NCBI RefSeq assembly: GCF_904830955.1
Contig: NZ_LR882970.1
Strand: one strand, 5' to 3'
DNA from: Planktothrix tepida
GTDB taxonomy: Bacteria > Cyanobacteriota > Cyanobacteriia > Cyanobacteriales > Microcoleaceae
DNA length: 64,000 nucleotides
Below the pieces are notes generated by a model that was not told the DNA's origin, did no database searches, and saw only the letters and a program-made list of their open reading frames with translations. The position numbers and the translations under genes are program-made. Positions 58,172-64,000 of the stretch are shown here, piece after piece (positions within the stretch are counted from its first letter, which is position 1; each line of letters opens with the position of its first letter).

Positions 58172-61100
58172 TTAATTCAGGGTAAAAGAATTAGCGGTAA
58201 TTGAGTTAGCGGGAACACCGATTAAAGTGGCTAAAAGTTCATTATTGGCTGCGACTTGAATCAAGGTATTTCCGGCTTGAGTTCCACTGCCTTGCAGGAT
58301 GGTAAGCTGATTAAAATTATAATTTTGGGTCAATTTTAACAGATCTTCACCTCCGAGAAAATCTAGGATGATATCGCCATTTTCACCCGGATTTAACATA
58401 AAGATATCGGCTCCTTGACCCCCGATGAGGGAATCTGTTCCGACTCCACCATTGAGGGTATCATTGCCTAAATCTCCTGTGACTAAATCATCGCCGTTAC
58501 TTCCATCTACAAAATCGTCGCCTTGACCGCCATGAATCAGATCGTTATCGTCGCCACCGTAAAGGTTATCGTTCCCTGTACCTCCTGACAACAGATCTTC
58601 TCCAGTATGACCAACTAACAGGTCGTTTCCAACTTCTCCTAATACCGTATCATTGCCTAAATCGCCACTGAGGGTATCGTTTCCTAAACCTCCGAAAATC
58701 AGGTCATTGTCTTTACCGCCTCCCACCCAGTCTTCATCGGCTCCACCATAAATTAGGTCGTTTCCAAGGAAACCATAAATCACATCTTGACCTAGGTTTC
58801 CTGAGAGGAAATCAACTTCACCATAACCGAGTAGGGTATCTTGACCGATACCACCACTGAGGGAGTTGGGACGCTCATCTCCTAAGAGCAGGTCATCGGG
58901 GGGGTTACTGGTGGGAATGGAGGTTAGATTTTTCCGAGCGATAAATTGTTCGATGGGGTCGCTCAGGGATGAGGGATTTGTTGTTTTTGGGGTGGGAGTT
59001 GAGGGAGTTGGAGTTGTGGGATTAACGGAATTTATTAACCCAACGGTGCTACTATTAATAACCTCTTGATTCGGGTCAATGTTACCGTTATCAATGATGG
59101 TTCCTCCTGTGTCTGGGTTGTTGGGATCTGTTGGGGGTTGGTCAATAACAGAAGTATCGATGGTGGTGGTAGCAATTTGAGTGGTTAGGGCTTCTCCAGT
59201 ATTCTCAGCTACTACTTCGTCAAAGGATTTTGTACCACTGAAGGCGGCACTTAAATCCTGGGTGACGCTGGTTTGGGCGACTTTTTGGGCTTGGAAGATG
59301 CCATCAGTGGTGGTGGCGGTCAGGATTTGCTGGTTGCTGTCAGCGATAACTTGGGATAATTGAGCCGCATTGTTGGTAATCACCTCTAGGTTAATAGTGT
59401 TGCCTGGGTCTATCTCTGCTAACATATTGGTTATATTGCCAACTGTGTTAGTAATCAGAGTTTGAATCGCTGTGCTATCACTGAGATTAACACTACTACT
59501 TTGCAGGAGTTCGGCTAGATTCCCAGTCACCTGAGCATCTAAGCTATTGCTGCTGATGCCAGCAACGGTTTGCAGGGAGTTACTGATTTGACTAATCAGG
59601 GTTTGCACTGCCACTTGTGCCGCTAACACCGCTAAACCTTCAGGAGAACCCGCTTGGGCGGCTGCGATGGCATCAAAGGTGGCTAAATTAATGGTGCTGG
59701 GGAGTCCCAAAGCAGTTTTGACTTGGGTTTCGGATGCGTCTGGGGTGAGTCCTGTATCGACGAGGGTAGAAATTAGGGTGGTTAGAGGGGTAACTACCGT
59801 AGAATCGGGAACTGCCCGCAATGTACCCGTAAAGGCTTGTCCGGTAATGGCATCTGTACCGCCGATGGCGACATACTCTCCTTCACCCGCATCAATAAAC
59901 CCGTCGCTGTTGAGGTCGAAACTATCGGGAATGTCGAGGGTAAAGTTGCCAGCACTGTCGGTGGTGGTACTGGGTTCGTCGCTGTCTTGGGTGTCGTTGA
60001 GGTTGCCATCAAAGAACAGGGTAGCACCAGCAATGGGGCCATCTTGAACTTTGATATTGCCATATCCGGCGTTGGTGTTGAGTTTAACTCCAGAGGCAGC
60101 TTGAGTTTTGGTGGTGTCATCAACCGTTAGGTTATTTTCAAAGGTGGTATCACTGCTCATGGTGACGGTTGGGGGTGAGTCTGGTAAACCCTCGTAATTA
60201 ATCTTCTTCTGAGTATCTATCGTTTCTTGGGTGAGAGCAAAAATCGCACCCCCCAGCCCTTTTCCATCATCGGAGGTGACACGTTTGCTATTTCCCTTTC
60301 CACCAGTGGCTGAATTATTTTTGAAGATGGAACTTTGGATGGTGAGGTTGCCTCCCCGGACAAAAATCGCTCCTCCCATCCCTGCACCGCCGCCAGAGAT
60401 GGGGTCGTCGGAACGATCGCGCAAATTGGACAAGTCCCTTAAGTTGAATTTGCTGCCGTCTGCGCCGTAGCCGCCGCCGTAGCCGCCTTTGCCACCATTG
60501 CCACCCCCACCCCCGCCGTCGCCGCCTTTGCCACCGCCACCACCGAAGCCGCCGTTGCCACCGAAGCCGCCTGTGCCACCGCCACTTGTGCTGGTGATGC
60601 CGAAGCTGTCATTGCCGCCGTAGCCGCCGCTGCCGCCGCCGCCACCGAAGCCTCCTCGCCCGGCACCTTGGCCGACGAAGCCTTGACCGCCGCCGTTGCC
60701 ACCCTTGCCGCCGAAGCCGCCCGCGCCGCCTTGGCCACCGTTGCCGCCGTTGCCGCCGAAGCCACCGTTGCCGCTGTAGCTGTATCCGCCGAAGCCATTG
60801 TCGTTGTGATTACTGCCGTTGTCGCCGCCATTACCCCCGTAGCCGCCATTGCCACCGTAGCTGCTGTTGCTGCCGTTACTGCCATTGTTAGCTACTATAT
60901 TCCGCAACCCAATTCCACCACCGTTAAACTGCCCGTAGCCTGTTGAGAAATTACCGCCAATGGCCTGATTCCCGTCAAACGTCACGTTATCAACCGTGAC
61001 ATTCCCTTGATAAATAAACAGGGCACCCCCCATCCCCGCGCCAGCGCCGCCATTGTAAGAGCCATCGCCTCCCTTAGCAACTGCGTTTTTCAGGGTTAAA

Positions 61101-64000
61101 TTCTTAAACGTGACATCAAGAATACCATTGCTCCCCTTGTCGGTGTGTTCCGGTTCCCCCCCATAGATAAAGAAGATGGGACGATCATCTTGATCTGCTT
61201 TACCATTACTATTGTTATCCCCATTGATAGTATGTCCTTGCCCATCAACAGTCATATCGCTATCAATCAAACTCCACATCCGAATCACATTGCTACCAAA
61301 ATTCAGACGCACATCGGTATTCAATTTTATGGTATCGGCTCCAGCTTTCTCGTTAGCCGTTTTAATTGCCCAACTCAGAGTTCCTTCGGTGTCTCCCTTG
61401 CCGTTATCTGTGTCTGTGGTGACGATGATCTTATCCCAAAGGACTGCATTGGTTGGGTTACTATTAACGGTTTCTGTGGTTCCTTGTCCATCGGTATAAC
61501 TAACTTTTGCTTGTACCTTTTTCCCCACTTGGGTTTGAGATAAGGTGAACGTATTATTAGTCGCTCCACTAATATTAGTCCAGGTCACTCCATTATCGGC
61601 TGACTCTTGCCATTGATAATTAAACGTTCCTAAACCATCTGCATCTGCTAAGGTATTTGTTGCCGTTAAAATTTGGTTGTGTTCGGGTGTTCCTGTAATA
61701 CTAATATTCCCTGTGGGTAAGTCATTAACGGCAATAACATCAATAGTAATCGTATTAGCTGCCACACTATCAATAATGCCGTCATTAACGGTGAACTTGA
61801 AGTTGGCATAACTGCTACCGTTAGCATTGGCAACTGGGGTGAAGACTAAGCTGGGAATATCAACAGCAGAGATCACCTGGTTAGCTGTGACAGCAGTGCC
61901 ATTCAGTTGTAATGTCCCCACTGTGGGCAGTTGGGTGATTTTTATTGATGCTAGGGTATCTGTGGTGTCTACATCACTGAAACCGAAGTCGGTGGCAGCA
62001 AAGGTGTAGGGGTTGTCTTCGTTAACGGTTAGGGTTTTGTCCGTGGCAGTGGGAGTATTGTTAAAGGCCGTTACCACAATGGAGGCGGTGGCGGTGTTGG
62101 TGCTAAAGGCTGTTGTACCGCCGTTAATGCGAGTGTCGGCTGTAGTTCCGGCTGTACCTGTGGACTGATCCCAGGCGCGGAAGGTGAGGGCAGTGGTAAT
62201 AGTCCCGTTGTAGTCAGCGTTGGGTTGGAAGCGGACTTTGTTACTCGGATCTAATAATAGGGCGTTACTGTTGCTGACGGCAGGGAAGTTTGTCCAGGTT
62301 GTGCCGTTGTCGGTGGAATATTGCCAGGTGCCGTTCTTGTCGGCGGCTGTAATAGCAATGGCTTCGGTGATGGTGGTGGTGTCTACATCGAATATGGGGA
62401 AAAGATTGCTATAGATTTTGCTGATAGGGTTCCATGGACTATCCTTGCCCGTGAGCAGGATGTCGGTGTCCCCATCAGAGTCAAAGTCGGCTGTGGTGAC
62501 GGAACCATTGTAAACACCCGTGAGGGAGACGTTGGTGTTTTGGCTAAAACCGCCACTGCCGTTGTTGCTATAGATTTGGCTGATGCGGTTTCCTGAACTA
62601 TCCCAGCCCGTGAGCAGGATGTCGGTGTCCCCATCAGAGTCAAAGTCGGCTGTGGTGACCGAACTATAGACAACACCGGGGAGGGAGACGTTGGTGTTTT
62701 CGCTAAAACCGCCACTGCCGTTGTTGCTATAGATTTTGCTGATGGGTTTATCAAAACTATCCCGGCCCGTGAGCAGGATGTCGGTGTCCCCATCTTTGTC
62801 AAAGTCGGCTGTGGTCACGGAACTTCTGTGAACACCCGTGAGGGAGACGTTGGTGTTGAGGCTAAAACCGCCACTGCCGTTGTTGCTATAGATTTTGCTG
62901 ATGCGGCCAGAACCATCGAACCCCGTGAGCAGGATGTCGGTGTCCCCATCAGAGTCAAAGTCGGCTGTGGTGACCGCACTATTGGAAACACCGGTGAGGG
63001 AGACGTTGGTGTTGAGGCTAAAACCGCCACTGCCGTTGTTGCTATAGATTTTGCTGATGGGTTTATTAGAACTATCGGAGCCCGTGAGCAGGATGTCGGT
63101 GTCCCCATCTTTGTCAAAGTCGGCTGTGGTGACCGAACTACAGTAAACACCGGGGAGGGAGACGTTGGTGTTGAGGCTAAAACCGCCACTGCCGTTGTTG
63201 CTATAGATTTTGCTGATGCGGTTATTATAACCAGCGGAGCCCGTGAGCAGGATGTCGGTGTCCCCATCTTTGTCAAAGTCGGCTGTGGTCACGGAACTAG
63301 CGTTAACACCCGTGAGGGAGACGTTGGTGTTGAGGCTAAAACCGCCACTGCCGTTGTTGCTATAGATTTGGCTGATGCGGTTTCCTGAACTATCCCAGCC
63401 CGTGAGCAGGATGTCGGTGTACCCATCTTTGTTGAAGTCGGCGGTGGTGACCGAACTAAAGTAAACACCGGAGAGGGAGACGTTAGTGTTTTCTTTGATA
63501 CCTAAAGGTGGAGGAATAAGATTCCCGACAGTATCCCCACTGGAGTTGCTGTCATCTTCGTTAATAGGGGTGAGGCTATAGGTGAAGTTGGTATTATCTA
63601 ATACGGGAGCATGGTTAACGGCAGTGACATTAGTAACGGTAGCTGTGGGTGTACTATTAACCGTTTCTTGTGTTCCTAGTTGATCAGTATAACTCACTTT
63701 TACCTGCACCTTTTTCCCCACTTGGTTTTGAGATAAGGCAAAAGTATTATTAGTTGCTCCACTAATATTAGTCCAGGTGACTCCATTATCGGCTGACTGT
63801 TGCCATTGATAATTTAATGTTCCTAAACCATCAACATCTGCTAAGGTATTCGTTGCAGTTAAAGTTTGGTTTTGTTTTGCTGTCCCTGTAATACTAACAT
63901 TGCCTGTGGGTAAGTCGTTAACATTAGTAACGGTAGCTGTGGGTGAACTATTAACAGTTTCTGCTGTCCCTAATAGGTCAGTATAACTAACTTTTACTTG
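58172..64000 (-). CDS. second giant RTX-type adhesin paralog (more than 1940 aa), 5' end beyond window
   Basis: The frame is open from the window edge at 64000 with no in-frame start or stop in 63722-64000; the ORF track begins at an internal GTG. Architecture: tandem-95 repeats, seven FG-GAP/VCBS repeats (VTTADFDKDGDTDILLTG), a cadherin-like domain, one tandem-95 repeat, a Pmp-like beta-helix with a Gly/Asn/Tyr-rich insert, and a helical region plus RTX block about 99% identical to gene 1. Confidence 0.9.
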   Translation of the reverse strand, partial: QVKVSYTDLLGTAETVNSSPTATVTNVNDLPTGNVSITGTAKQNQTLTATNTLADVDGLGTLNYQWQQSADNGVTWTNISGATNNTFALSQNQVGKKVQVKVSYTDQLGTQETVNSTPTATVTNVTAVNHAPVLDNTNFTYSLTPINEDDSNSSGDTVGNLIPPPLGIKENTNVSLSGVYFSSVTTADFNKDGYTDILLTGWDSSGNRISQIYSNNGSGGFSLNTNVSLTGVNASSVTTADFDKDGDTDILLTGSAGYNNRISKIYSNNGSGGFSLNTNVSLPGVYCSSVTTADFDKDGDTDILLTGSDSSNKPISKIYSNNGSGGFSLNTNVSLTGVSNSAVTTADFDSDGDTDILLTGFDGSGRISKIYSNNGSGGFSLNTNVSLTGVHRSSVTTADFDKDGDTDILLTGRDSFDKPISKIYSNNGSGGFSENTNVSLPGVVYSSVTTADFDSDGDTDILLTGWDSSGNRISQIYSNNGSGGFSQNTNVSLTGVYNGSVTTADFDSDGDTDILLTGKDSPWNPISKIYSNLFPIFDVDTTTITEAIAITAADKNGTWQYSTDNGTTWTNFPAVSNSNALLLDPSNKVRFQPNADYNGTITTALTFRAWDQSTGTAGTTADTRINGGTTAFSTNTATASIVVTAFNNTPTATDKTLTVNEDNPYTFAATDFGFSDVDTTDTLASIKITQLPTVGTLQLNGTAVTANQVISAVDIPSLVFTPVANANGSSYANFKFTVNDGIIDSVAANTITIDVIAVNDLPTGNISITGTPEHNQILTATNTLADADGLGTFNYQWQESADNGVTWTNISGATNNTFTLSQTQVGKKVQAKVSYTDGQGTTETVNSNPTNAVLWDKIIVTTDTDNGKGDTEGTLSWAIKTANEKAGADTIKLNTDVRLNFGSNVIRMWSLIDSDMTVDGQGHTINGDNNSNGKADQDDRPIFFIYGGEPEHTDKGSNGILDVTFKNLTLKNAVAKGGDGSYNGGAGAGMGGALFIYQGNVTVDNVTFDGNQAIGGNFSTGYGQFNGGGIGLRNIVANNGSNGSNSSYGGNGGYGGNGGDNGSNHNDNGFGGYSYSGNGGFGGNGGNGGQGGAGGFGGKGGNGGGQGFVGQGAGRGGFGGGGGSGGYGGNDSFGITSTSGGGTGGFGGNGGFGGGGGKGGDGGGGGGNGGKGGYGGGYGADGSKFNLRDLSNLRDRSDDPISGGGAGMGGAIFVRGGNLTIQSSIFKNNSATGGKGNSKRVTSDDGKGLGGAIFALTQETIDTQKKINYEGLPDSPPTVTMSSDTTFENNLTVDDTTKTQAASGVKLNTNAGYGNIKVQDGPIAGATLFFDGNLNDTQDSDEPSTTTDSAGNFTLDIPDSFDLNSDGFIDAGEGEYVAIGGTDAITGQAFTGTLRAVPDSTVVTPLTTLISTLVDTGLTPDASETQVKTALGLPSTINLATFDAIAAAQAGSPEGLAVLAAQVAVQTLISQISNSLQTVAGISSNSLDAQVTGNLAELLQSSSVNLSDSTAIQTLITNTVGNITNMLAEIDPGNTINLEVITNNAAQLSQVIADSNQQILTATTTDGIFQAQKVAQTSVTQDLSAAFSGTKSFDEVVAENTGEALTTQIATTTIDTSVIDQPPTDPNNPDTGGTIIDNGNIDPNQEVINSSTVGLINSVNPTTPTPSTPTPKTTNPSSLSDPIEQFIARKNLTSIPTSNPPDDLLLGDERPNSLSGGIGQDTLLGYGEVDFLSGNLGQDVIYGFLGNDLIYGGADEDWVGGGKDNDLIFGGLGNDTLSGDLGNDTVLGEVGNDLLVGHTGEDLLSGGTGNDNLYGGDDNDLIHGGQGDDFVDGSNGDDLVTGDLGNDTLNGGVGTDSLIGGQGADIFMLNPGENGDIILDFLGGEDLLKLTQNYNFNQLTILQGSGTQAGNTLIQVAANNELLATLIGVPANSITANSFTLN

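Noticed and set aside
62383-63388. Several 139-186-aa ORFs on both strands with internally repeated sequence
   Set aside because: They are alternate frames of the seven FG-GAP/VCBS repeats of giant gene 2.
1-64000. tRNA/rRNA search
   Set aside because: No T-loop-like GGTTCGAATCC or GGTTCAAATCC motifs or cloverleaf-compatible segments were seen in intergenic regions. No rRNA-like conserved blocks either.

Overview
This 64-kb window comes from a filamentous-type cyanobacterial chromosome. The evidence is the many GCGATCGC (HIP1) octamers, heptanucleotide STRR-like intergenic repeats, and the photosynthesis genes psbA, psb28, psbX, ycf19 and ycf66.

Region 1 to 29.5 kb is mostly housekeeping:
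- ftsH (5' partial).
- A complete Type I restriction-modification operon (hsdM, an inserted PIN toxin/antitoxin pair, hsdS, a MITE-like inverted-repeat element, hsdR).
- Mog/MoaB, psb28, a TPR protein, and a frameshifted MFS sugar porter.
- A divergent psbA with the G80A/F158L/T286A triad of microaerobic D1' plus an unusual cluster of helix-E substitutions.
- A DUF502 gene, then nusB-ftsY, a GAF-PP2C phosphatase, and a TPR protein with about 9.5 homogenized 57-bp tandem repeats.
- ycf19 and a psbX gene too small for the ORF track, then ycf66, a GNAT, lpxB, a VIT-VWA protein and dusA.

Region 29.5 to 47.5 kb is accessory. The most interesting object is an orphan six-gene operon on the minus strand with no PKS:
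- An NRPS (TubC-type N-terminal docking domain, then C-A-T-TE).
- A TauD/gamma-butyrobetaine-hydroxylase-like Fe/2OG dioxygenase.
- A choline/carnitine O-acyltransferase-family enzyme.
- An acyl-CoA-dehydrogenase-like flavoprotein, a stand-alone A domain and a stand-alone carrier protein. This ordered trio is the AnaB/AnaC/AnaD or PltE/PltF/PltL architecture that makes dehydroprolyl/pyrrolyl-S-carrier protein.
- The operon lies between a MATE exporter and an ISAs1 transposase, and a degenerate ISL3 remnant lies beyond the MATE gene. At the ISAs1 junction only an 84-codon tail survives of what may have been the upstream docking partner.
- Beyond it is an IS junkyard: an IS5 remnant, half a MATE gene, ExeA/TniB-like and MscS fragments, and an unassigned ~590-720-aa P-loop NTPase.

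Region 47.5 to 64 kb has two small accessory genes (sulfotransferase-like and GNAT-like) and two giant paralogous RTX/T1SS-type adhesin genes of 2913 aa and more than 1940 aa. The second giant gene runs off the window.
- The first has 14 nearly identical ~98-aa repeats; the second carries the same repeat type plus FG-GAP repeats. Both have Pmp-like parallel beta-helices with paralog-specific Gly-rich inserts.
- The 3' ~1.9 kb, including the terminator hairpin, is almost identical between the two genes.
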